A DNA stretch of 64,000 nucleotides from an uncultured Methanotrichaceae archaeon (GTDB lineage: Archaea; Halobacteriota; Methanosarcinia; Methanotrichales; Methanotrichaceae): contig CAZXDN010000006.1 in assembly GCA_964639235.1 (NCBI GenBank), positions 7,477 through 71,476 on the forward strand, in the 5' to 3' direction. A model generated the notes under the pieces. The model had not been told where the DNA came from. It ran no database searches and saw nothing but the letters and a program-made list of their open reading frames with translations. A program made the position numbers and the translations under genes. Position 1 is the stretch's first letter. Each line of letters begins with the position of its first letter. Positions 53,710 to 63,976 of this stretch are shown piece by piece.

Positions 53710-55380
53710 ATGACCAGCTTCCTCAAGTTCGCAGAGTTCTGCAAGGCTGTCGAGGGCACAAGCGGCACCCTGGACAAGGTGAGCCTAGTTGCAGCGTTCC
53801 TAAATGAGCTGGACGACGAGGAGCTGGCCATAGTCTCCAATTTCATCTCCGGGACAGTGTTCCCGGACTCACAGACCGTTTTGGGGATTGGTCCTAGCAT
53901 CCTCTACGAGGCGCTCTCGAAGGCATGCGGCTGCTCCTCTGAGCTGATAGACGATCTCTTAAGAAAGACCGGTGACCCTGGGACCGTAGCCTTCATGGTC
54001 GCAGAGAAGAAAAAGCCCCTGAATTTTTCTGCATTTATCGCCTCTGACCAGATCTCCATCTCAGATGTCTGCCAGCGCTTTCTGGCCATAGCCAGGGCTT
54101 CAGGCAAAAAGAGCCAGGACTCGAAGGTGAAGAATCTGCAGTTCTTGTTCGGAGAGGCTACGCCCCTGGAAGCCCAGTACATAGCGAGGCTTGCCATCGA
54201 GGACCTGAGGATAGGCATCGGCGAGGGAGCTGTCAGAGACGCCATAGCCAAGGCCTTTGAGGTTCCAGCAGATCTCGTGGAGAGAGGATATAACCTGACA
54301 AACGACATGGGGCTTGTGGCAAAGCACGCCAGGCACGGCACACTCATGGATATGGGCATAAGAATCAACCACCCGATCAAGATGATGCTCTCTCAGATAG
54401 GCGAGAGCATTCCCTTGGCCCTGAAAGAGATGGGCACGGCGGCAGTTGAGTGGAAGTTCGATGGAGCCAGGGTCCAGATTCACAAAGACGGGAAGAACGT
54501 CAGGATCTACTCCCGCAGGCTAGAAAACGTAACAGCGTCGCTTCCAGAGATCGTCAAAGCCGTCGTCTCCCAGGTCCAGGCAAAGAGCGCAATACTTGAC
54601 GGCGAGGCTGTGGCCATAGGCGAGGATGGAAGGCCCAGAGCCTTTCAGGACATTTTAAAGAGGTTCAGGAGAAAGTACAACGTCGAGAAGCTAGCAGTCG
54701 AGATCCCGCTCAAGCTGTTCTTGTTCGACCTGGTCTACCTGGACGGCCAGAGCCTGATAGACCTGCCCCTCTCTGAGCGCAGGGCGAAGCTGGAGTCCGT
54801 GGCAGGAGAGGAGATTGTGGCGAGGCAGGTCCTGACAGATCAGGTGGGCATTGTTGAGGAGATATATCAGAGCGCTCTTGGTTCAGGGCACGAGGGCGTG
54901 ATGCTCAAGAATCCCTCATCTGTATACGCTCCTGGAAAACGCGGAAAGAACTGGCTGAAGATTAAGCCCATAATGGAGACACTTGACCTGGTGGTCATAG
55001 GAGCCACCTGGGGCGAGGGAAGGAGGGCGACCTTCCTCGGGTCCTACAGGCTCGCCTGCCTCGACACTGAGACTGGAGACCTGCTGGACGTGGGATGGGT
55101 GGCCACAGGACTCACAGATGACGCTCTTTCAGAGCTTACTGACCTCTTCAAGAACCTCATACTCGTCCAGGACGGGATGGAGGTCGAGATCAAGCCAAAG
55201 GTGGTCTTCGAGGTGGCATATGAGGAGATCCAGAAGAGCCCCAACTACTCTTCGGGCTACGCGCTGCGCTTCCCAAGGCTCGTCACCATGAGAGACGACA
55301 AATCTCCAGAGGAGGCAGACACCCTTGAGCGGATAACCGGGCTCTACAAGATGCAGCGCGGCAGAAATTCGTCTGGTTGA
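53710..55380 (+). CDS. lig: ATP-dependent DNA ligase
   Basis: Motif I is EWKFDGARVQIH (KxDG). Also present are SRRLENVT, ILDGEAV, EGVMLK and the OB-domain motif RFPRLV. The length is 556 aa. Confidence 0.95.
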   Translation: MTSFLKFAEFCKAVEGTSGTLDKVSLVAAFLNELDDEELAIVSNFISGTVFPDSQTVLGIGPSILYEALSKACGCSSELIDDLLRKTGDPGTVAFMVAEKKKPLNFSAFIASDQISISDVCQRFLAIARASGKKSQDSKVKNLQFLFGEATPLEAQYIARLAIEDLRIGIGEGAVRDAIAKAFEVPADLVERGYNLTNDMGLVAKHARHGTLMDMGIRINHPIKMMLSQIGESIPLALKEMGTAAVEWKFDGARVQIHKDGKNVRIYSRRLENVTASLPEIVKAVVSQVQAKSAILDGEAVAIGEDGRPRAFQDILKRFRRKYNVEKLAVEIPLKLFLFDLVYLDGQSLIDLPLSERRAKLESVAGEEIVARQVLTDQVGIVEEIYQSALGSGHEGVMLKNPSSVYAPGKRGKNWLKIKPIMETLDLVVIGATWGEGRRATFLGSYRLACLDTETGDLLDVGWVATGLTDDALSELTDLFKNLILVQDGMEVEIKPKVVFEVAYEEIQKSPNYSSGYALRFPRLVTMRDDKSPEEADTLERITGLYKMQRGRNSSG

Positions 55381-55421
55381 AGGTTTTAGGAGAGTCGAAG
55401 GTTTTAGGAGGTTTGAGTTCT

Positions 55422-56708
55422 ATGATAGTTAAAAAGCTGGCAGACCTGGACGACCAGGATCTAAAGTCCCTTCTCATCAGGGAGGTGGGAATCCAGGACG
55501 TTCTTCCCAAGGCAAACGAGATACTGATGGACGTGGCCTCTAAGGGCGATGAGGCGCTTCTCCGCTACACTGAGAAGTTCGATGGAGCAAAGCTCGACGG
55601 CCTCATGGTGACGCAAGAGGAGATCGCTGCGGCATACGAGGCTGTGGACGAGAAGCTTCTTGAGTCCATCTCGATTGCAGCTGATAACATAATGTCCTTT
55701 CACACGGCGCAGAAGGAGAAGGACCTCTGGATGGTGGAGGTGTCTCCAGGCGTTATGGCCGGCCAGAAGATCGTTCCCCTGGACTCAGTTGGCGCCTACG
55801 TTCCTGGAGGAAGGGCGTCGTATCCAAGCTCTGCCTTGATGAACGTGATCCCTGCCAAGGCTGCGGGCGTTCCAAGGATAGTTGTGTGCACTCCTCCAAG
55901 GGCTGACGGCTCAGTGGATCCTCTGGTCATTGTGGCTGCAGACCTCGCAGGAGCCGACGAGATCTACAAGCTCGGAGGCGTCCAGGCCATAGCTGCAATG
56001 GCGTTTGGTACCCAGACGATTGCCAGGGTCAACAAGATCGTGGGCCCTGGAAACGTCTACGTCACAGCTGCGAAGATGCTGGTTCGCGGAAGCGTCGAGA
56101 TCGATTTTCCTGCAGGCCCAAGCGAGGTGTTGATAATTGCAGACAGCTCTGCTGACCCGGATGTCGTGGCTGCTGACATGATCTCACAGGCAGAGCACGA
56201 CCCAAGCTCAATTGCAGTTCTGGTCTCTCTGGATGCCAACCTGGCCTACCAGGTCACAAACTCGATACAGGCGCAGGCAAAGATCGCTGCCAGAGCTGAA
56301 ATCGTCAAGCAGAGCCTGGAGCACGGCGCAATCCTCCTTGCAGAGGGCGTCGACGACGCAGCTGAGTTCTCAAACGCCTTTGCTCCTGAGCACCTGGAGA
56401 TAGTCACCTCAAACCCGTTTGAGGTCTTCTCCAGGATCAGAAACGCAGGAAGCGTCTTTTTAGGCGGGTTTACTCCAGTTGCAGCAGGAGACTATGCAAG
56501 CGGCACGAACCACGTCCTTCCGACGTCAGGCTACGCCAGGACCTTCTCAGGCCTAAACGTAGATCACTTCGTCAAGAAGGTGACCGTCCAGATGATAACA
56601 GAAGACGGGCTCGACCTGATTGGGGAGACGATCGCGTCACTGGCAGAAGCTGAAGGCCTCAAAGCGCACGCGGAGTCTGTCAGAATAAGGCTTGGAAGAG
56701 AGTGCTGA
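55422..56708 (+). CDS. hisD: Histidinol dehydrogenase
   Basis: The ATG at 55422 follows [24 protein letters not shown] and APEHLE motifs are present. Confidence 0.95.
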   Translation: MIVKKLADLDDQDLKSLLIREVGIQDVLPKANEILMDVASKGDEALLRYTEKFDGAKLDGLMVTQEEIAAAYEAVDEKLLESISIAADNIMSFHTAQKEKDLWMVEVSPGVMAGQKIVPLDSVGAYVPGGRASYPSSALMNVIPAKAAGVPRIVVCTPPRADGSVDPLVIVAADLAGADEIYKLGGVQAIAAMAFGTQTIARVNKIVGPGNVYVTAAKMLVRGSVEIDFPAGPSEVLIIADSSADPDVVAADMISQAEHDPSSIAVLVSLDANLAYQVTNSIQAQAKIAARAEIVKQSLEHGAILLAEGVDDAAEFSNAFAPEHLEIVTSNPFEVFSRIRNAGSVFLGGFTPVAAGDYASGTNHVLPTSGYARTFSGLNVDHFVKKVTVQMITEDGLDLIGETIASLAEAEGLKAHAESVRIRLGREC

Positions 56709-56760
56709 TCTGAGGCGCCATCAGCGCTTTTGTCCAGTTTTTATTTTGATCTTATGCAGT

Positions 56761-59700
56761 CTACGCCTCTTCTGCGTCAGACAGCCTGACCTCTTCACGG
56801 CGCTGGAACTTGAGAAGCGTTTCAGTTAGCTCCTCCATCTGCACTGGCTTGGAGATGTAGTCGTCCATTCCAGCTTTAAGGCACATCTCCTTGTCGCCTT
56901 CAAGCGCGTGAGCTGTGACTGCTACTATCTTGAGGTCGCTGTCTGGCCACCGCCTGTGTATCTCTTTTGCAGCTTCTAGGCCGTCCATCTCAGGCATCTG
57001 CACGTCCATCAGTATCACGTCATAGTCCTGGCGCTCCAGAGATTCCAAAACCTCCAGGCCGTTTCCTGCAACGTCAGCGCGATAGCCCAGCCTCCTTAAC
57101 ATCCTCAATGTCACCATCTGGTTGACGGCATTGTCTTCTGCCAGGAGTATCCTCATGTTCGCGCGGGCTTGCGGCCTGGAAGGAGGCTTGTGCTCTGCAG
57201 GGCTTTTAGGGGCGGCCCTGTCGAAGATCCCAATTAAGGCCTCATGAACCTGTGAGGGCTTCACAGGCACTGAGATCTGGCCGCTGAACAGGTCTGAGCG
57301 CTGGTGGTGGGCCTTGGACGAGAGGAGCACGAGCGGCAGCTCTTTCTGGCACCTGCGAATCTCCTCTGCCAGAAGATGGCAGTCTTTGAGCTTCCTGTCG
57401 ATCACTGCTAGGTCGAACTTCTCTGCATGGGCCAGGTTTATGGCCATCTCTACGGTGCTGGCGGCCACAGGCGACATGGACCAGATCGAGGCATACCTGC
57501 ACAGGATATTGCGGGTGGTCTCGCTCTCTGCTGCGATCATCAGCTTTTTTCCCTTGAGTATAGGCTGATCGGCGCTCAGGTATGATTTGGGCTTTCCCAA
57601 AGACGGCTGTGCCTTGATGGTGAAGTGAAATTCAGACCCGCTTCCCAGCTCAGACTCGACCCAGATCTTTCCTCCCATCAGCTCGACCAGATTCTTGCTT
57701 ATTGCCAGGCCAAGGCCTGTGCCTCCGTACTTGCGGGTGGTGGACGTGTCAACCTGGGAAAACGACAGGAATAGCTTTCCCTGGGCCTCTTCAGGTATGC
57801 CAATTCCTGTATCCTTCACGATAAAGTGTATCTCTCCTCTCTCAAAGGCATTGCAGTCGACTCTCGCAGTGACCTCTCCGCTGCTTGTGAACTTGACAGC
57901 GTTTCCGAGCAGGTTTGCGAGGATCTGGCGCAGCCTAGTCGGGTCTCCAACTATCTGCTCAGGCACCCCTTCATCCATCATGTACGCCAGGTTCAGGTCC
58001 TTTTCTGTTGCTTGAGACGCCACCAGGTCAAGCGAGTCCTCCAGGCAGGCTCGCAAATCAAACGGCTGGCACTCCAGCTCCATCTTCTCGCCCTCTATCT
58101 TGGATAAGTCGAGTATGTCGTTTATTATGGCAAGAAGCGCGTTTCCGCTGTTTCTTATGGTCTCCAGACACTCCCTCTGATCGGGAGTCATGTCCTCTTC
58201 GAGGAGAAGCCCTGTCATGCCGATCACTGCGTTCATGGGTGTCCGAATCTCGTGGCTCATGTTGGCCAGGAACTCGGATTTAGCCCTGGATGCCTCCAGT
58301 GCATGATCCTTTGCTTTTTTCAGCTCCCTTTCCACAAGCTCTCTTTCTTCCATCTCTTCGTGGAGCGCCTCGTTAGCTCTGAGGAGCCAGGCAGTCCTCT
58401 CGCGCACCCTGGTCTCAAGCTCGTCGTGAGCTCTCCTAAGCTCTTCTTCAGCCTGCCTCTTCTCTGTGATGTCCCTTCCAACTGACTGTATCTCTATCAT
58501 GTCTCCGCTGCCATTGAAGATGCCCCTGTCAGTCCACTGCTGCCAGCGCACTCCCATTGGAGAAAGGACGCGGTGCTGGTAAGATACGAACGGATTTTCA
58601 GGGCTTAAAGATGAAGTGCTCTTTTCCAGTATCTCCCTGTCCTCCTCTGGTATCAGAGGCATGAAGCTCTTGCCAAAAAGGTCCTCTTTGGATCTGCCGA
58701 AGTACCGTGCGTAAGCCTCGTTCACGAAAGTTATCGTTCCGTCAGGCAGATAGCGGCAGATGAGCTCTGTCTGATCCTCGACTATCGCCCTGTAGCGCTC
58801 CTCGCTCCTTGAGAGATTGGCCTGGACGCTCTCCAGGGTTGAGAGCATCTCGTTTATCGATCCCGCCAGGCTTGCCAGCTCGTCTTCTCCTGGGACGGGA
58901 ACCCTGGTCGAAAGGTCGCTTCTGGTGCGGATGTTCCTCACGCTTGCGCTTAAAACTGCCAGGCCTGAGAGCACCGATTTGTCCAGGTAAAGCAGTGTCA
59001 GAGCTATGAAGATGAAGCCTGCAGCTGCAAAGAGGAGAACAATGTAGAGCATGCTGCTCTCGCTTTGCATGTATATGTCTCTCGGGTTCTCGATGCGAAG
59101 CATCACTATCGGGTCGCCGTAGATGTCTTTTAAGAGCGCATAGCCTGCAATGTAGCTGTTGTTGATCTCTCTTATGAATATGGGCGATGCGTCAGAGAGG
59201 TGCAGCTCAGCCTGGCTGAAGTCCTCAGGCACATCCTCATCGTTTAGATCGTGCGCAGTCAGGTTCAGGTGCGTGACCTTGGCCAGTTTGCGGATCTCAT
59301 GGGAGTTGAGATACCTGCCCATGACCAGCCTTCCCCTGGATGGCCCCTCTCTGTTTCCCTTGAGTATGGGGTGGGAGACTATGAGCATCGGCCCGTCCGG
59401 CAGGAGTATCAGCCCTGCGTAGTGCCTCTGCTTATCCAGGCAGCCTGGGCAAAAGCCATATAGCGAGAGCCTCTCTCTCAGAGCCTCAGGGACCTTCACC
59501 TCTTCTTCTCTCTGGATGTCGAAGGCCTTTGCGTAGACAATCCTTCCATAAGAGTTCATGAAGACCACGAGGTTAATCTCCAGCTCTTTGAAAGTCCCGT
59601 CTCCCAGGTTCGATTCCATATAGCCGGAGTTCTGGTCAGACACGAACGAGTAGGTGTCGTTTCTGACTGCCCAGTAAGCTGTGGTGTTTGACAGCCTCAT

Positions 59701-59877
59701 CTGATCTATCGAGATCGCATCAAGGGCACGTTCGACGTTCTCTCTCATGTCCCTGTTCTCGATCTCTCTCAAGCTCTTTGTGAGGACCATCTGAGATGAA
59801 GCGTACAGTACCAGAATCAGGCAGACGAGACCTGCTCCAATGATGATGAGAGTCTTCTTGCGCAAGTTCACTTTCAT
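56761..59877 (-). CDS. Hybrid sensor histidine kinase: TM, CHASE4-like, TM, HAMP, PAS, HisKA, HATPase, degenerate receiver and receiver
   Basis: The Met at 59877 is used ([25 protein letters not shown]). [12 protein letters not shown] is a CHASE4-like motif. The PAS region has [17 protein letters not shown]. The H-box is [25 protein letters not shown] and [11 protein letters not shown] are present. The C-terminal receiver has ILLAEDN...[12 protein letters not shown]...K. Confidence 0.9.
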   Translation of the reverse strand: MKVNLRKKTLIIIGAGLVCLILVLYASSQMVLTKSLREIENRDMRENVERALDAISIDQMRLSNTTAYWAVRNDTYSFVSDQNSGYMESNLGDGTFKELEINLVVFMNSYGRIVYAKAFDIQREEEVKVPEALRERLSLYGFCPGCLDKQRHYAGLILLPDGPMLIVSHPILKGNREGPSRGRLVMGRYLNSHEIRKLAKVTHLNLTAHDLNDEDVPEDFSQAELHLSDASPIFIREINNSYIAGYALLKDIYGDPIVMLRIENPRDIYMQSESSMLYIVLLFAAAGFIFIALTLLYLDKSVLSGLAVLSASVRNIRTRSDLSTRVPVPGEDELASLAGSINEMLSTLESVQANLSRSEERYRAIVEDQTELICRYLPDGTITFVNEAYARYFGRSKEDLFGKSFMPLIPEEDREILEKSTSSLSPENPFVSYQHRVLSPMGVRWQQWTDRGIFNGSGDMIEIQSVGRDITEKRQAEEELRRAHDELETRVRERTAWLLRANEALHEEMEERELVERELKKAKDHALEASRAKSEFLANMSHEIRTPMNAVIGMTGLLLEEDMTPDQRECLETIRNSGNALLAIINDILDLSKIEGEKMELECQPFDLRACLEDSLDLVASQATEKDLNLAYMMDEGVPEQIVGDPTRLRQILANLLGNAVKFTSSGEVTARVDCNAFERGEIHFIVKDTGIGIPEEAQGKLFLSFSQVDTSTTRKYGGTGLGLAISKNLVELMGGKIWVESELGSGSEFHFTIKAQPSLGKPKSYLSADQPILKGKKLMIAAESETTRNILCRYASIWSMSPVAASTVEMAINLAHAEKFDLAVIDRKLKDCHLLAEEIRRCQKELPLVLLSSKAHHQRSDLFSGQISVPVKPSQVHEALIGIFDRAAPKSPAEHKPPSRPQARANMRILLAEDNAVNQMVTLRMLRRLGYRADVAGNGLEVLESLERQDYDVILMDVQMPEMDGLEAAKEIHRRWPDSDLKIVAVTAHALEGDKEMCLKAGMDDYISKPVQMEELTETLLKFQRREEVRLSDAEEA

Positions 59878-60148
59878 GTCTCGCCTCTCTGGCCTGTCCA
59901 CCGCTTGCCTGCTGCCTCCAATGCGGAGCCTCAGGTCTGGAGATATGCAGACGATGCTTGCAGGCAAGTCGCCTTTTGGCCTCAGATCTCTTGTCCTGGA
60001 CTATTTAACTGTACTCCTCTCATCTATAAGAATAGCACGGAGATGCCATACTGTATCATTTTGAATTACTCAGTGTCATAAAATTTATGCAAAATACGGG
60101 CTGAACTCGGCCGAGACCTCATCTTATATTATTTTTGCAATTAGATCT

Positions 60149-60634
60149 CTATCTTGCTGCCATGATCTCAGTGGCCATGAGAAACCCTATTGCCCTTTCT
60201 GCCAGAGGATATCTTCCTACCAAAGCTTTGAACTGCCTTCCGTGGTTGGGCTGGATCAGGTGTGCCAGCTCGTGCACTATCACATAGTCCTCTACCCATT
60301 GAGGCATTCCCGCAAGCCTTGTGCTGATCCTTATGGTCTTGTCTGAGACTGTGCAAGAGCCGCGTCTCTTCTCCTGGCGGCTGGAGTACTTGATGCTCTT
60401 CCAGGAGAGCCTTCCGTCGAAGTATCTCTCGTTCAAGAGCCTGGCCCTCGCGTCCAGGTAAAAGTCATCCCTTTGGGGCATCTTCTTCTCAAGCCTGGAC
60501 CTGAGCTTGGATATGTGATCCTGAAGTGCTACATCTGATATAGAAGCAGGTGCCAGAACCTCCATCGAACCGTTAACCACTCTGGCCTGGATGGTCTTTC
60601 TTCTGCGGGCGGACTTCTTGACGATTACGTTCAT
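60149..60634 (-). CDS. DUF45/YgjP-like (SprT/WLM-related) zinc metallopeptidase
   Basis: The HExxH motif is in VIVHELAHLIQPNHGRQF. The Met at 60634 gives 161 aa. It lies 64 bp downstream of the small secreted paralogue on the same strand. Confidence 0.75.
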   Translation of the reverse strand: MNVIVKKSARRRKTIQARVVNGSMEVLAPASISDVALQDHISKLRSRLEKKMPQRDDFYLDARARLLNERYFDGRLSWKSIKYSSRQEKRRGSCTVSDKTIRISTRLAGMPQWVEDYVIVHELAHLIQPNHGRQFKALVGRYPLAERAIGFLMATEIMAAR

Positions 60635-60698
60635 ATCTCCATCCCCATCACCTATTGGGGCGGCATGGTATGAATTAGTTTCGATTAGATGCCGCAAA

Positions 60699-61139
60699 TC
60701 AGACGCAAGGCATCCAATCAGTGCTTATCTCACCGCATGTGGAGTTAGACCAGAGGAGGACGAACTTCTCTATGTTGAAGACTCCTACCAGGTCCTCCAC
60801 ACTTCTTCCCCACTCTGCGTGGCGGCCGTGACTGTCTGCCTGGGGGTCCACCGACCTCCAGGAGATGTGGGCGCGTCCAATGACATTGGAGTTGATGGAA
60901 GCCTCGATTCCGCCGCCTTCTTCAGAATTGCTGGTCCTGACCTTTGTGCTCATCTCGAGGTGCTCCGCATCTGAGTAGACCTCTGTGAAAGACTCGCCTG
61001 TGTCGTAGTTCTGGACGCAGAGCTTTGACTCCCACTTCTGGTCTGCAACCCCGCCGTAAAAGCCAACTGGCATCACAGCGGATGCACAGCCTATCATGGC
61101 CACAGAGGCGGTTATCAAAGCAATCAGCTCCATCTTCAT
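60699..61139 (-). CDS. Small secreted protein, paralogue family copy 1 (unknown family)
   Basis: The Met at 61139 follows GAGGATGA. The signal-like N-terminus is MKMELIALITASVAMIGCASA. The C-terminal about 65 aa is nearly identical to the 63382-63843 product (EASINSNxxGRAHISWRSVDP...SHGRHAE.GRSVEDLVGVFNIEKFVLLWSNST.GEISTDWMPCV*). Confidence 0.6.
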   Translation of the reverse strand: MKMELIALITASVAMIGCASAVMPVGFYGGVADQKWESKLCVQNYDTGESFTEVYSDAEHLEMSTKVRTSNSEEGGGIEASINSNVIGRAHISWRSVDPQADSHGRHAEWGRSVEDLVGVFNIEKFVLLWSNSTCGEISTDWMPCV

Positions 61140-61314
61140 CGAGCTATCATCCTCGTATCGGTGATTGTCGGACCCATTTTTGAACTTGTTGGGCGATTTT
61201 ATGAAATTGTCGACAGACGGGGTCTGGAGAACTTTTATTTCTTCATCCATGTCAGTATATAAAAAGAACGTAAGTTATTTATCTATTCAGAGGCAACCTA
61301 AGAAGGGGAGTACA

Positions 61315-63288
61315 ATGGAATCTGATGAGATCAAGTCTATCAGGTCGGCTATTCAGGAGAAGGGGCTCTCGTGGTCTTCTGGAGTCACGTCCGTCTCCAA
61401 GCTCTCTTTAGACCAGAAGAAAAAGAGGCTGGGCCTGTTCATAAAAGAAGAGAAGATGAAGCTAATTCAGAAGGAGATGGCAGATGAGGGCGCCAGGATT
61501 GCGAGCCAGAGCCAGGCCAGGGCCTCCATCTATCCTTCTGCCTGGGACTGGAGAAACGTCTCTGGCAAGGACTGGACGACGAGCATCAAGAACCAGGGAG
61601 ACTGCGGCGCGTGCGTTGCGTTTGCAACTGTGGGCGCCATAGAGTCCAACCTGGAGATATTCAAGAGGGATTCCTATCTGAGTCCCGACCTCTCTGAGGC
61701 AGACCTCTTCTTCCAAGGCTGCGGCCAGTGCTGTGATAATGGCTGGGACTTCACGCCGGCTCTGAGGTACGCCAAGAATAACGGCATACCGGATGAAGCC
61801 TGCTATCCCTGGGATTCTACTTCCGGTGCCTGTCCTGATAGAGATAAGAGGCTCATCAAGATAGAGGACTGGAAGACCGTCTCCACAGAGTCGCAGGCAA
61901 AGGAGTGGATCAGCACCAGAGGCCCTCTCATCTCTGGGATGAACGTCTACGAGGACTTCTTCTACTATCGCGGAGGCATTTACAAGGTCGCTGCTGGCGC
62001 CCACATAGGGGACCACGCCATAGTGATCGTGGGATACAACAACAACGACAAGTGCTGGATTTGCAAGAACAGCTGGGGTGCTGGCTGGGGAGAGAACGGC
62101 TGGTTCAGGATAGCTTATGGCCAGAGCGGAGTTGGCCAGAACTTCTACTTCTATGCGGTCTCTTTCTCTGCAAGCGACGACATACTGGTCTCCAAGAGCG
62201 GCTGGGCCAGGGCCAGGTTCAAGGGCAAGGAGACTGCCTTTGACGACGAGGTGAGGCTCTACAGCCCAAAGGACCAGTCCATCTTCGTGGCCACAAGCAA
62301 GAACCTGGGCAAGGTCTTCGACCTGGGAAGCTTCTCGACTGGAACGAGGCTCGCATTTGCATTGAAGACTCCTGACGGCCACACCTACTACACAGATGCG
62401 TCTCTCAATGGCGATGCCTGCGACCACGTGAAGAAGGTCCAGCTGGGGACGAACAAGTGGGAGCTTCGCTGGGAGGACCTCTACGGCTTGGGCGAGCAGG
62501 ACTACAACGATGTCGTGATGGAAGTCGAGATAATAGACAGGGTGAACAACGACATATCTGTGCCCAAGGACGGGAGGGTCATAGCCACTTTCAAGAGCAA
62601 GGGAACGGCCTTTGACGACGAGTTTGGCCTCTACAAGCCATCTGAGAAGCTTATCTTCAAGGCCACTGACGCCAACTTAGGCAAGACTTTTGATCTGGGA
62701 ACGTTCAAGGCAGGCACCTCGCTGACTTTTGCGCTCAAGACGTCACAGGGCTACACCTACTATACTGATAACGTGCTAAATCCGGATTCTTACGCTCACC
62801 TCAAGAAGGTGCAGACAGGGACCAACAAATGGGAGCTTCGCTGGGAGGACGGATACGAGCTTGGGGACAAGGACTACAACGACGTTGTTGTGGTAATTGA
62901 GGTGTCTCCAATTACCGATGACGATGTGGTGATGCCCGTTGACGGAAAAGTCTCTGCCAAGTTCTACAGCAAGGGCACTCCCTTCGAGAACGAGTTCATC
63001 CTCTACCGGCCTGAGAGCAAGTCAGTCTTCAAAGCCTCAAACCAGAACCTGGGAAAGACCTTCGATGTTGGAACCTATGCAGCTGGCACCAGGCTCGTCT
63101 TCGGGCTGAAGACGCCCAATGGCACCACCTTCTACACAGACAGCTCTCTTAACTCGGATGCAAAAGACCACGTCTTCAAGCTGCCTCTGGGAGACCTCAA
63201 GTGCCAGCTCAGGTGGGAAGATCTCTACGGCCTGACAGATAGGGACTACAACGACGTGGTGGTGGAGATAACCATAAAGCCAAGCTGA
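61315..63288 (+). CDS. Papain-like (C1) cysteine peptidase fused to three tandem DUF4114-like repeats
   Basis: The Met at 61315 follows AAGGGGAG. The catalytic Cys is in QGDCGACVAFA (Cys codon 61622-61624), the His in DHAIVIVGY, and the Asn/Trp in NSWGAGWGENGWFRI. Three repeats of about 125 aa (about 62176-62535, 62536-62910 and 62911-63285) each end ...KWELRWEDLYGLG(E/D)xDYNDVV. There is no N-terminal hydrophobic signal. Confidence 0.85.
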   Translation: MESDEIKSIRSAIQEKGLSWSSGVTSVSKLSLDQKKKRLGLFIKEEKMKLIQKEMADEGARIASQSQARASIYPSAWDWRNVSGKDWTTSIKNQGDCGACVAFATVGAIESNLEIFKRDSYLSPDLSEADLFFQGCGQCCDNGWDFTPALRYAKNNGIPDEACYPWDSTSGACPDRDKRLIKIEDWKTVSTESQAKEWISTRGPLISGMNVYEDFFYYRGGIYKVAAGAHIGDHAIVIVGYNNNDKCWICKNSWGAGWGENGWFRIAYGQSGVGQNFYFYAVSFSASDDILVSKSGWARARFKGKETAFDDEVRLYSPKDQSIFVATSKNLGKVFDLGSFSTGTRLAFALKTPDGHTYYTDASLNGDACDHVKKVQLGTNKWELRWEDLYGLGEQDYNDVVMEVEIIDRVNNDISVPKDGRVIATFKSKGTAFDDEFGLYKPSEKLIFKATDANLGKTFDLGTFKAGTSLTFALKTSQGYTYYTDNVLNPDSYAHLKKVQTGTNKWELRWEDGYELGDKDYNDVVVVIEVSPITDDDVVMPVDGKVSAKFYSKGTPFENEFILYRPESKSVFKASNQNLGKTFDVGTYAAGTRLVFGLKTPNGTTFYTDSSLNSDAKDHVFKLPLGDLKCQLRWEDLYGLTDRDYNDVVVEITIKPS

Positions 63289-63381
63289 CCTCTCAAATCG
63301 CTTTTGGAAACTTTTTTGGAAAAAAGCAAGGATTTAGTTAAGTTTCGCGCATGTATATCGGCAATCCTGATGCGAAGGCCA

Positions 63382-63843
63382 TTAGACGCAGGGCATCCAG
63401 TCTGTGCTGATCTCTCCAGGAGTTGAGTTGGACCACAGGAGCACGAACTTCTCTATGTTGAAGACTCCGACCAGGTCCTCCACACTTCTTCCCAGCTCTG
63501 CGTGCCGGCCATGGCTGTTTGCATTTGGGTCCACCGACCTCCAGGAGATGTGGGCGCGGCCCACGAAGTTGGAGTTGATGCTAGCCTCAAGAAAGCCTGA
63601 TATCGGGAGACTCTCTTTGCCAGATGAGGCAGTCTTGATCCGGGTGCTCTTGTCCAGGCTCTCCAGGTCAGAGTAGCTCTCTGTCAGCACTGCGCCTATA
63701 TCGTAGTTCTTGACTGTGACTGCGCCTGTCTGGTCGCCTGTGGAAGCCTCGATCGAAGTGAAATTGATGCCAGATTGTGCCACTGCTGAAGCACAGGTTG
63801 CCATCAGGGCTATGACTGCCAGTGTGACTATCTCATTTTCCAT
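63382..63843 (-). CDS. Small secreted protein, paralogue family copy 2
   Basis: The ATG at 63843 follows GGAGAAG (the TTG at 63858 is possible). The signal-like segment is IVTLAVIALMATCASAVA. It is homologous along its full length to copy 1, with runs of 24-32 identical nucleotides in the 3' third. Confidence 0.6.
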   Translation of the reverse strand: MENEIVTLAVIALMATCASAVAQSGINFTSIEASTGDQTGAVTVKNYDIGAVLTESYSDLESLDKSTRIKTASSGKESLPISGFLEASINSNFVGRAHISWRSVDPNANSHGRHAELGRSVEDLVGVFNIEKFVLLWSNSTPGEISTDWMPCV

Positions 63844-63976
63844 GCCTTTCTTCTCCAAGACTGCAATTCTTCAGGCAGGTCTTCTTTTAGAGGTTCATTG
63901 AGCGGTCTCCTGAACTCCTGGATACCCACTGACCTGTCATCTATTCAACCTGTTGGCATCCGTACTCTGTTAAGCC

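Noticed and set aside
61462-62427. A 321-aa minus-strand ORF inside the C1 protease gene.
   Set aside because: It is antisense to a CDS with intact papain catalytic motifs. The translation is Arg/Pro/Ala-rich and typical of GC-rich antisense frames.
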